From: an uncultured Candidatus Peribacteria bacterium
GTDB lineage: Bacteria; Patescibacteriota; Gracilibacteria; Peribacterales; Peribacteraceae
Direction: 5' to 3'
Length of the DNA: 64,000 bases
Assembly: GCA_964506185.1 (NCBI GenBank)
Contig: CAZDKL010000001.1
Location: forward strand, 23,196-87,195
Part shown: one piece after another, positions 17,476-25,500 of the stretch
Numbering within the stretch: the stretch's first letter is position 1
Layout of the letters: each line of letters opens with the position of its first letter
Program-made: the position numbers and the translations under genes
Notes under the pieces: model-generated
Database searches by the model: none
The model's input: only the letters and a program-made list of their open reading frames with translations
Told to the model about the DNA's origin: nothing

Positions 17476-18438
17476 ATGAGCTCCATGCTCAGCATGGGAC
17501 CCAACATTTCGGTTATCCTCAGACGATCCGTAAGAAGAGGGGCAAGTAACGTTTTCCGAGAGCGGCAATGGTTAACTTCTTTTGGAGCTTTGTTTGGAGT
17601 CTTTCTGATGCTTCAAATACTGCTTGTGAGCCTTGCGGGGGCAGAAACGATGCAGAATGTTCTTAAATCCCGTACAAATATTAAATTGGATCTTCTGCCA
17701 CAGGCTACAAATGATCAGCGGAATGAATTTCTGAACAAGGTAAATGAGTTGCCGGTTATTGAGCATGCAGTATTCATCACCAAAGAACAAGCCTACGAAA
17801 GTGCAAGAGTAAATGACCCTCAACTTGTCGCATTTCTGGAGAAGTACAATATGAAAAATCCCTTTTCTGACACTGTTGGAATATCACTTAGGTCGTTTGA
17901 AGATGCCAATGAGTTTTCGGACTTTGTTCAGCAGGAAAGATGGAAAAATGTCGTAAACCCTGCACATCTTTCGGAAATAACTGAGCAGGAAGGACAAGTT
18001 GCCGAACTTTTGAGCATAATTGCAACCGGCAGAACGCTTGCCATGCTTATTATCATTGTGGCTGCAGCCGTACTGATGTTAGTTGTGACTGAACTAGTAA
18101 GACAAAGAGTTGCTGTTCGGCAGGAGGAAGTATTTATAGAGAATTTAGTAGGCGCTGATCCTTCGACTGTAATTATTCCATTCGCAGTCGAAGCGACATT
18201 CCTGCTCTGGCTTGCTGCATCTTTAAGTTTGATATTGGTAATAATAATTCTAGCTGTTCTTCCGTCAGTCTCCCCCGCCTTCCACGGTGACTTAGCCAAA
18301 ACTTTGTCTGCGCCATATATTGATTACCTTAAAGGATTCATACCAATCACAATTGCTATCGAAATTCTAGCTGCTCCGGTTGTTGCTTCAATAGGGGCTT
18401 GGCTTGGAGTTAGGCCGCAGTTAAAGCAGATTAGCTGA
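17476..18438 (+). CDS. ftsX: FtsX-like permease (cell-division ABC transporter membrane subunit)
   Basis: Topology is 1 TM, a large loop, then 3 TM. IENLVGADPSTVIIPF resembles the FtsX LVGA motif. No ftsE is adjacent. Confidence 0.7.
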   Translation: MSSMLSMGPNISVILRRSVRRGASNVFRERQWLTSFGALFGVFLMLQILLVSLAGAETMQNVLKSRTNIKLDLLPQATNDQRNEFLNKVNELPVIEHAVFITKEQAYESARVNDPQLVAFLEKYNMKNPFSDTVGISLRSFEDANEFSDFVQQERWKNVVNPAHLSEITEQEGQVAELLSIIATGRTLAMLIIIVAAAVLMLVVTELVRQRVAVRQEEVFIENLVGADPSTVIIPFAVEATFLLWLAASLSLILVIIILAVLPSVSPAFHGDLAKTLSAPYIDYLKGFIPITIAIEILAAPVVASIGAWLGVRPQLKQIS

Positions 18439-18486
18439 TTGGCTTATTAGCAGATTAGCTAATCTGCTAATTGCTAATCTGCTAAT
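18426..18486. repeat. word-palindrome repeat, AGCAGATTAGC family, copy 2
   Basis: gcagattagctgattggcttattagcagattagctaatctgctaattgctaatctgctaat. The last ftsX codons (cag att agc tga) are made of the word. Confidence 0.8.
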
Positions 18487-18508
18487 GGCGATCTGATACT
18501 ATATATGC

Positions 18509-19084
18509 ATGCCTCACGCTTTACTCTATAACAGTATAATCCTAAAAGCCTACGACGTTGGCGAGGCCGATAGATTTTTAGTATTGCTGACCAAGGAGCG
18601 TGGAAGGCTAAGTGCCAGAGCAAAAGCCGTGAGGAAACTTACAAGTAAACTTGGAGGAAGCTTGCTCCCATTTAACCACGTGACTATCGGACTGCATGAA
18701 GGCAAGGCAGGATGCATCGTAACCTCAGCACAAAAACTTCCTTCACCTGACTTAACTGATACAAAAGCATTTCTAAATGCCCAGCAGGGAGTTGAATTGT
18801 TACTGACTCTTCTGCATGACGAAGAACCGCTACCTGAAATTTTTGATCTGACTCTTGAATTCCTTAATCAATGTCCGAAAACCGAACCCGTTCTTCCCTT
18901 CACAGTAAACGTTCTAAGGTCCCTCGGCCTTCTCCCGGCTAACGTGGATCTCCCCCAATCAGAATCTGAGCTTAATGCACTTTGCAATGAGATAATTGCC
19001 GAGCATGGAAATACTGCTCAAAGAGCATCACAAATTGCATCTCTAATAGCAACAAGCGGAGGGGTCGCCCGCCACGGGGGGTGA
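18509..19084 (+). CDS. recO: DNA repair protein RecO (short form)
   Basis: N-terminal OB-fold signature: ILKAYDVGEADRFLVLLTKERGRLSARAKAVRK. Confidence 0.75.
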   Translation: MPHALLYNSIILKAYDVGEADRFLVLLTKERGRLSARAKAVRKLTSKLGGSLLPFNHVTIGLHEGKAGCIVTSAQKLPSPDLTDTKAFLNAQQGVELLLTLLHDEEPLPEIFDLTLEFLNQCPKTEPVLPFTVNVLRSLGLLPANVDLPQSESELNALCNEIIAEHGNTAQRASQIASLIATSGGVARHGG

Positions 19085-19092
19085 AGGGAGAT

Positions 19093-20457
19093 TTATTCCC
19101 CTATCCAACTAGGCTCATCCCCCGGTGCATCACTAACTCCAATCTGAGTTAAATTTGGTCTTGCTTCGTAAAAAGAAAAGAATGGTTCGACTGTTTCCTC
19201 TCCCCCATCATTCACGACTCTGTACCACACAGCTTTTAAACCCGGAACTCTTCCGCCCGCCTTGCGTGTTGTCCCCGGCGCAATTGCTGTCGTGTATTCA
19301 ATCTTATCCGCCGGAGCCGATCTTCTTCCCCAAATATAAGGTCCGATTATTTCTGATTCGCGATTATCATTCGTTCCATAATATATGTAATACGCCAAAC
19401 GGTTTTCCGGATCATTATGTGTTTGAATAAGAAGCGCTCCCGGTGAATCGTTTTTAAACTTCATATCCGTATGCGGAGGATAGATAGTTGCATCGGTTCC
19501 TTGCGGAGAGTAATACAGAACAGCGAAGCTATGGTTGCGCCTTTTTTCTATGGGAAAGCCATACTCCCAAACACCTCTGTACGCAGTCGTACTAACCTGA
19601 CAAAGTCCTCCACCATATTCGGGCAGAGTACGCTCCCCGAGTATTACAAGTTCTTTGTAATATCCGGTTGTACTGTTTACAGGACCCAGTGTTTCGTTAA
19701 AGGAAAATATTTCTCCTTCTTCTATAACTGTTCCATTGAACTTACTTAAGCCATTGGCAATATTAAGGCGCCGAGCATAAGGAGATCCGGAGTAATCTGA
19801 CTCTCCAACTGCAATAACTTCTCTTATCCCAAGTTTTCTAAGAGCTTTATCTATCTCCATTTCTGGCTGAATCTCAATAACCGGCAAAACTATATCGGTA
19901 ACCTCATTCTCGAGAGCCATAATCGTCAACTCAACTACCAATTCCAAATCAACTTTTCTGCCAAGCATTCCAACTCCTTCAAACAGAACTCCTGTTCCTG
20001 TTTTTTTGATTATCACTGAACCAGATTCGCGATCAAGTTTCTGTGATATCTTTTCTTTAAGCGTTGCACGTATGGCTCTTTCGTCCCAATCAATGACCGT
20101 ATGTCGTACAACACCTGCCGGCAAGGATGGAAGAAGATCTCCATCAACTCTAAACTCCGCGAGAGGCCTGATCTGCTTTCCATGTGATGACCATACTTGT
20201 TTTTGCCCTTTCCAATGCGAATACTCATATGGTTGAAGTTCGAATAAATGGTGATTGTAGCGGAAAGTTAAAGCATAGTTCTGGCTCTGAGCTAATGATG
20301 GAATTATCAGCAAAAGCACGAAGCACGAAATCCGAAACAAATCAGAAATAGGAAAAAACCAAATTCCAAAGGATATATTTTTATTTTTTCGAATTTCATT
20401 TTTCGTATTTGTTTCGCTTTTCGAATTTCGAATTTGAATTCTACTTATTATCTTCAT
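19093..20457 (-). CDS. VanW-family protein with an N-terminal TM anchor
   Basis: FSFNETLGPV..GYYKELVI..GGGLCQVSTTAYRG is a VanW core. The first ~45 codons are encoded by an inverted word repeat, so the true start is uncertain. Confidence 0.8.
   Translation of the reverse strand: MKIISRIQIRNSKSETNTKNEIRKNKNISFGIWFFPISDLFRISCFVLLLIIPSLAQSQNYALTFRYNHHLFELQPYEYSHWKGQKQVWSSHGKQIRPLAEFRVDGDLLPSLPAGVVRHTVIDWDERAIRATLKEKISQKLDRESGSVIIKKTGTGVLFEGVGMLGRKVDLELVVELTIMALENEVTDIVLPVIEIQPEMEIDKALRKLGIREVIAVGESDYSGSPYARRLNIANGLSKFNGTVIEEGEIFSFNETLGPVNSTTGYYKELVILGERTLPEYGGGLCQVSTTAYRGVWEYGFPIEKRRNHSFAVLYYSPQGTDATIYPPHTDMKFKNDSPGALLIQTHNDPENRLAYYIYYGTNDNRESEIIGPYIWGRRSAPADKIEYTTAIAPGTTRKAGGRVPGLKAVWYRVVNDGGEETVEPFFSFYEARPNLTQIGVSDAPGDEPSWIGE
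20317..20441. repeat. inverted word repeat (CGAAAT/CCGAAA words)
   Basis: gcacgaagcacgaaatccgaaacaaatcagaaat faces tttcgtatttgtttcgcttttcgaatttcgaatttg. It lies within the annotated 5' end of the VanW ORF. Confidence 0.7.
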
Positions 20458-21010
20458 AATGTGGGCTGGGATGCTCGTCTAAAGCCTTGTTAACTAGTGC
20501 GTCTGCTCTAAAATTATCTGCCCTCGGAATATAATGGAATTCAACAGAAGCAAATTCTTCCATCAACTCATTTATTTCATCCACAAATGTTTTTAAAGTA
20601 TCCATTTTTACTCGGTACTCGCCCTTTAATTGCTTAACAATCAATTCAGAATCCAAAAAACACACTAAACGATTGGGGTGATACCGTTTTGCTATCTTTA
20701 GCCCCTCTATCAATGCTCGATACTCCGCAACGTTGTTTGTTTGTATTCCGATTCTTTCTGCATGTTCCCTTAATACCTTCCCCTCAACAGGATCTTCAAT
20801 CACGCATCCTACTGCAGCTTGACCGGGATTGCCTCTGGAACCTCCGTCCGTAAATAAATGGAGAGTCCCTCCAACCATTTCTATATCTGATCCCGATTGA
20901 TTTTTGTCCAAAGCCTCCTCGATCACGTCTGCGGCAAACTTATCGCGATCTTTAGCTCTGGAGAAGGCATCTTTCAGTCTCCTTTCTAGCTTGGCGGGTA
21001 GCTTTATCAT
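20441..21010 (-). CDS. rnhA: ribonuclease HI with an N-terminal ribbon-helix-helix-like extension
   Basis: TDGGSRGNPGQAA..NNVAEYRALIEGL..DSELIVKQL..RADNFRADALVN is an RNase H core. The N-terminal ~45 aa (IKLPAKLERRLKDAFSRAK..VIEEAL) look CopG/RHH-like. Confidence 0.85.
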   Translation of the reverse strand: MIKLPAKLERRLKDAFSRAKDRDKFAADVIEEALDKNQSGSDIEMVGGTLHLFTDGGSRGNPGQAAVGCVIEDPVEGKVLREHAERIGIQTNNVAEYRALIEGLKIAKRYHPNRLVCFLDSELIVKQLKGEYRVKMDTLKTFVDEINELMEEFASVEFHYIPRADNFRADALVNKALDEHPSPHYEDNK

Positions 21011-21030
21011 GCTAATATACTAGCACAACT

Positions 21031-22290
21031 ATGCTAAAGCCTCTTCGCACCGCAACACTAATAATTCTTCCCCTAATAACACTGGTTTTGGGTTGGCAAT
21101 TGGGAGTTAGATACGAACAAAGGCATGTTGTAGAAATGACAGAAAAGCTGGAGCTTTTGTACACTGGTAAAACGAATAGCGGGGCATTGCTCGAAGATCC
21201 TGAACGTGAAGTGGATCTATCGCTTTTGTGGGGTGTCTGGAGGCTTTTGTTGGCGCATTACATAGACCCGGACATGTTAAATCCTCCCGAAATGGTTTAT
21301 GGAGCCGTTGGAGGATTGGTTGGATCTGTCGGAGATCCTTATACGACGTTTATGACGCCCTCGGAGAACAGCGATTTTCAGAAAGCTCTGCAGGGCAAAT
21401 TGGAGGGAATAGGAGCTGAACTAACCATGAGAGACGGCCTTGTTGTAGTAGTCGCTCCACTTAAAGGGTCGCCTGCTTCGAAGGCAGGCCTGGAACCCGA
21501 AGACGTGATTACCCATGTTAATGATAAAAATATTGCCGGCCAAACTCTGCATCAAGTAGTGCAATTGATCAGAGGCCCCAAGGGCTCGAAGGTTGAACTC
21601 ACAATCGCACGCACTGATGCACCTGAGCCTATAAAAATTCAGATAATAAGGGCAAGTATCCAAGTTCCGAGTGTAGAGTACGAGATCAAAGAAACCGCAA
21701 CCGGATCGGTTGGATACATTGCCCTGAATCAATTCGGAGAAGACTCCGTAAATGAAATTAAAACCACACTTGATATTATGAGAGGCGCAGATCTTGCAGG
21801 ACTCATACTGGACCTTAGGTTTAACGGTGGAGGATATCTGGAAAGATCCGTAGAAATGTCATCTATGTTCCTAAATGAAGGAAAAGTAGTGACAGTTGAA
21901 AGAAGAAATGGAGATCCTACTCACCACTATGTGTCAGGCAGGCCAAGCGATCCGGATATTCCTATGGTTGTGATGATAAATGAGGGATCCGCAAGCGCGT
22001 CTGAGATATTGGCAGGTGCATTGCAAGATCACGAGCGCGCAACAATAATCGGCAAGAAGAGTTTTGGAAAAGGAACAGTACAGGAAGTATTTGATCTTCC
22101 CGGAAACGCGTCAGTCAGAATGACAATAGCAAGATGGCTTACTCCAGACGGAAATGATCTTGGCAAAGGAGGAGTTTATCCGGATATCGAAGTTGATAGA
22201 ACCCGCCAGCAGATTATTGATGAAGTCGATCCGCAACTTCAGGCTGCGCTTGAATGGCTGTTGGATGGGGAGGGATTAACTGAGAATTAG
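21031..22290 (+). CDS. S41 C-terminal processing peptidase with a PDZ domain
   Basis: DPYTTFMTPSE, a PDZ segment, and GSASASEILAGALQD..GKKSFGKGTVQ (Ser/Lys dyad context). Confidence 0.9.
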   Translation: MLKPLRTATLIILPLITLVLGWQLGVRYEQRHVVEMTEKLELLYTGKTNSGALLEDPEREVDLSLLWGVWRLLLAHYIDPDMLNPPEMVYGAVGGLVGSVGDPYTTFMTPSENSDFQKALQGKLEGIGAELTMRDGLVVVVAPLKGSPASKAGLEPEDVITHVNDKNIAGQTLHQVVQLIRGPKGSKVELTIARTDAPEPIKIQIIRASIQVPSVEYEIKETATGSVGYIALNQFGEDSVNEIKTTLDIMRGADLAGLILDLRFNGGGYLERSVEMSSMFLNEGKVVTVERRNGDPTHHYVSGRPSDPDIPMVVMINEGSASASEILAGALQDHERATIIGKKSFGKGTVQEVFDLPGNASVRMTIARWLTPDGNDLGKGGVYPDIEVDRTRQQIIDEVDPQLQAALEWLLDGEGLTEN

Positions 22291-22721
22291 TACTCAAATA
22301 GTTCGTCCTCTTTGAAGAATCTCGCAACTTCTTTCTCCGCCGTCTCCGGAGAGTCTGAAGCATGAACAACATTTTTCATCTTGTTCTCCCCTTCTTCCTT
22401 GCTTCCAAACTCTGCTCTAATGGTGCCGGGTGCCGCTTCTAAACAATCTGTTACCCCAAGCATATCTCTCATCTTGTTTATGATGTCATCTCCTTCCAAA
22501 ACCATAGCAATAACCGGGGTTAAACTCATGAACTTTTCGATTTCCGGATAAAAAGGAAACTCTGCTATGTGCGCATAGTGTTCGCGTAGAGTTTCTAAGT
22601 CTAACTTGATCATTTTGCATCCGATTATTTTGAAGCCTGCTTCTTCGAAGCGCTTGAGGACTGTTCCGCAGATTTTCTTCTGCATGCAGTCGGGTTTTAG
22701 GAGGATTAAGGTGCGTTGCAT
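22287..22721 (-). CDS. ndk: nucleoside diphosphate kinase
   Basis: RTLILLKPD..FYPEIEKFM..NVVHASDSPETAEKE (active-site His). Confidence 0.9.
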   Translation of the reverse strand: MQRTLILLKPDCMQKKICGTVLKRFEEAGFKIIGCKMIKLDLETLREHYAHIAEFPFYPEIEKFMSLTPVIAMVLEGDDIINKMRDMLGVTDCLEAAPGTIRAEFGSKEEGENKMKNVVHASDSPETAEKEVARFFKEDELFEY

Positions 22722-22974
22722 TGGAATTTGAAGGTAAATATCTGGTAAAAGTACACCGCACCCCTGCTATAGATACACCCACCCCCTCTTCGAGCCTGAG
22801 CCTCAGAGCCGAATGGCCAGGGGTGGGTATGGCTTTGGGTGGGTGGGCTGTCGGTTAATATGTGTCAGCCCTGAAACCGCGTCAACCCCTTCTCAAAAAA
22901 AACTTTTTCTGACCTCCTCTTTTTAGCTTCCCTTAGCCCCGTAAGACGTTCCGCTTCAAAGCGGAACAACACGC

Positions 22975-24234
22975 TTATTTTATCAATTTCTCCAATTTCT
23001 CCTTCTCCTCCCCCTTTCCTATCACAACCAATCTCATCTCATCCGGTTTGAGGAGTTTTTGAGCCAACTCATTCACATTATCCTTTGTAACTGATTCTAT
23101 CTCCGCAAAATAATCTTCGACGGTTCTTACTTTTGGATAAAGAAGCTCTTGCTTGCCGTAAAAGTGCGCAACTTCTTCCGAATCTTCCAGGCTGAGAGTT
23201 ATCTTTCCTTTAAGAAAGTCTTTTGATCTCTTTAATTCTTCATCGGTTACTCCATCCTTGGCACACTCTGCATATTCATGATTAATGCACTCAATTGCTT
23301 CATGTAAACGAGTCTGATCTACTCCGGCACGGGTTGAAAGCGAGCCCGCATCCAGATAAGCATCATCATCGGTAGAAATATAATAACAAAGTCCCTTGGC
23401 TTCGCGGATATTAAGGAACATTCGCGAGCTCATGTTGCCTCCCAGAATTATTGCGAGGAGTTTTTGAGTAAAGTAGTCATCACCCTGTGAATTCGCTCCG
23501 GGAACTCCCATAACCAAGTGTGCTTGTTCGGTTTCTTTTTTTCTAAGGAACACGCGATCTTTTCCGTAGTCATCAAACTTATTAAACTCCCGATCTTTTG
23601 ATCCGGAAACGCCGGTGAAATACTTTTCGGAAAGCTCAATCGCTTCGCCTTCATCAATTTTTCCCGAATAAGAGATCACTATGTTATCCGGCGTGTATAG
23701 AAGATCTTTATGCTTCTGGAAATCTTTTTGCCCTACTGAATTTATTACTTCCATCCTTCCAATCGTATCCCAGCCGAGCGGATGATCTCCGAAAACTAGT
23801 TCTTCGAAGTCCCAACCTGCGCGATACATTGGAGTATCCTGATACATTCGTTCCTCTTCGATAATTACTCCCCGTTCGCGCTCAATATCTTCCTGAGGAA
23901 ATGATGCATGCAAAAGCATGTCGCTGATTACGTCGCACGCCAATTCCTTGTGCTCGGCTGCCACTTTTACGTAGTAGCCGGCGTATTCCTTTCCGGTAAA
24001 AGCATTGAAATCGCCTCCCACTCCATCTATGGCAACGCTGACTTCCTTGGTATTTTTGTACTTCTTCCCGCCTTTAAAGAACATATGCTCCAGAAAATGG
24101 CTGATTCCGCGTTCTTCGTTTGTCTCGTAACGGGACCCTGCCCCTGCAAATACCAAGACTGTTACAGACGCTGTTCCGTCCAATGGAGCTGTAAGGACCC
24201 TCAGGCCCGATTTGAGTTTTGAGGTTTTGTACAT
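22975..24234 (-). CDS. M16-family zinc peptidase (insulinase-like)
   Basis: GISHFLEHMFFKGG (HxxEH motif). The start was set at ATG 24234 (MYKTSKLKSGLRV). Confidence 0.85.
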   Translation of the reverse strand: MYKTSKLKSGLRVLTAPLDGTASVTVLVFAGAGSRYETNEERGISHFLEHMFFKGGKKYKNTKEVSVAIDGVGGDFNAFTGKEYAGYYVKVAAEHKELACDVISDMLLHASFPQEDIERERGVIIEEERMYQDTPMYRAGWDFEELVFGDHPLGWDTIGRMEVINSVGQKDFQKHKDLLYTPDNIVISYSGKIDEGEAIELSEKYFTGVSGSKDREFNKFDDYGKDRVFLRKKETEQAHLVMGVPGANSQGDDYFTQKLLAIILGGNMSSRMFLNIREAKGLCYYISTDDDAYLDAGSLSTRAGVDQTRLHEAIECINHEYAECAKDGVTDEELKRSKDFLKGKITLSLEDSEEVAHFYGKQELLYPKVRTVEDYFAEIESVTKDNVNELAQKLLKPDEMRLVVIGKGEEKEKLEKLIK

Positions 24235-24321
24235 GAATAGGAGTTTAGCTGAATCTAACCAGAAACCAAAAACTATTAAACTTTGTTGACCGCTAACCCA
24301 AAACCCCATAATCTTCCGCCG

Positions 24322-24462
24322 ATGTTAGGAAAACTCAAATGGCGCCGGCGTTTAAGGAAACATGGATTCATGAGTCGCATGAAGACCAAAAATGGGCGAA
24401 AAGTGCTGAATAGGCGCAGAAGGAAAGGAAGAAAGAGGACAGCCGTACAGAAAAAGAAATAA
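24322..24462 (+). CDS. rpmH: 50S ribosomal protein L34 (absent from the supplied ORF track because it is under 60 aa)
   Basis: My own translation is [46 protein letters not shown]. The [19 protein letters not shown] signature is classical L34. Confidence 0.85.
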   Translation: MLGKLKWRRRLRKHGFMSRMKTKNGRKVLNRRRRKGRKRTAVQKKK

Positions 24463-24478
24463 TAAACACTTTGGATTT

Positions 24479-24510
24479 CCAGTATTCTAGTATTCCAGTA
24501 TTCTAGTACT
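24479..24510. repeat. tandem 16-mer (ccagtattctagtatt x2)
   Basis: Direct tandem repeat in the spacer between rpmH and the next gene. Confidence 0.7.
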
Positions 24511-24512
24511 TG

Positions 24513-24833
24513 ATGGTCAAATACCTCCACAAGCTGACAGCGTTCTTCTTCTTCATATTAGGCATAACCTTCTTCACAGCCTATTTCCTTTTAAAGAACG
24601 GAATGATGATGACTCCCTCGGCATGGTGGATGCAGAGAGCTGACCTTCCATTCGCACTTGTTACAATCATGTACGGAGGCCTAAGTTTATTCAGAAGCCT
24701 TAATCCAAATGAAAAACCGGCCAAAGCCTTGGCGCTCGCGATTGCCATTCCTCTGATCGCGTTTTTCCTTTTCCTGGTAGTCCTTAACTTTTGGGAGGTT
24801 TTGGGACTGCCAAAAGGCGAAACGATGATTTAG
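24513..24833 (+). CDS. small membrane protein (about 106 aa, 3 TM)
   Basis: Hydrophobic ORF. The first ATG is at 24513 (the ORF track begins at TTG 24510). Confidence 0.55.
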   Translation: MVKYLHKLTAFFFFILGITFFTAYFLLKNGMMMTPSAWWMQRADLPFALVTIMYGGLSLFRSLNPNEKPAKALALAIAIPLIAFFLFLVVLNFWEVLGLPKGETMI

Positions 24834-24836
24834 GAG

Positions 24837-24857
24837 TGTATGTACAATGTACATACA
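24837..24857. terminator. perfect 10-bp palindrome between convergent genes
   Basis: TGTATGTACA-a-TGTACATACA. It lies between the stops at 24833 (+) and 24860 (-). Confidence 0.4.
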
Positions 24858-24859
24858 GT

Positions 24860-25459
24860 CTATATTTCAGTTTCCAAGCCTTCTGCTCTATTAGCCCGCC
24901 TTGCGCAAAGAAATAGATAGTCGCTGAGTCTGTTTAAGAATATCTGAATCTGCTCATTGATCTTCCTGTCCTCCGAAGCTTTAGCGCAGGAGGACTCCTC
25001 CTCTGCAAGTCTGACCGTGCATCTCTCCGCTCTCCTACAAACCGTACGAGCCTGATGTAGAAATGACCCCAGCTTTGAGCCGCTCGGAAGTATGAATCTC
25101 TTTAGCTCAGGTAAAGCTGATTCTAGCTCTTCTATCCATTCATCAATAACTCTGACTTCGTCGGATGACACTCTTTTTATATTCACCTGAGAATCCTTAG
25201 GGGTAGCAAGATCTGAACCTACACCAAAGAGAAGACGCTGAATTTCAAATAACTGCTTACGCAGGCGGGACGGTGGTTCGTCCCCGCTCACCACAGGCTC
25301 TGTCCCGCCCTGCGGTAGCAGGGAGATTACAACACCCAAGATAGAATTCAACTCATCAACTGTTCCGTATGCCTCAAGTCTTAAGCCACCTTTCGAAACT
25401 CGCTCCCCCGTTAGCAAACGTGAGAATCCACCATCGCCGGTACGAGTTGTAACTGACAT
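24860..25459 (-). CDS. PduO-type ATP:cob(I)alamin adenosyltransferase-family protein
   Basis: TRTGDGGFS..G.RVSKGGLRLEAYGTVDELNS is typical. The start was set at ATG 25459 (MSVTTRTGDGG); the ORF extends to 25483 into the repeat. Confidence 0.8.
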   Translation of the reverse strand: MSVTTRTGDGGFSRLLTGERVSKGGLRLEAYGTVDELNSILGVVISLLPQGGTEPVVSGDEPPSRLRKQLFEIQRLLFGVGSDLATPKDSQVNIKRVSSDEVRVIDEWIEELESALPELKRFILPSGSKLGSFLHQARTVCRRAERCTVRLAEEESSCAKASEDRKINEQIQIFLNRLSDYLFLCARRANRAEGLETEI

Positions 25460-25470
25460 CGGACACTCAT

Positions 25471-25500
25471 TCTCAATTGTCAATTATCAATTGTCAATTG
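25471..25500. repeat. word repeat, CAATTGTCAATT family, copy 2
   Basis: tctcaattgtcaattatcaattgtcaattg. It fills the spacer between the pheT stop and the next gene. Confidence 0.75.

Noticed and set aside
22820-22847. G-quadruplex-forming motif as a functional element
   Set aside because: The G-runs are on the non-transcribed strand relative to ndk, and one loop would be 9 nt. The same G-runs pair with an upstream C-run as an ordinary hairpin. It is kept only as part of the structured-spacer observation.
24276-24530. 84-aa minus-strand ORF from the track
   Set aside because: It is antisense to a clear rpmH (L34) reading frame, and its product is low-complexity and hydrophobic with no start context.
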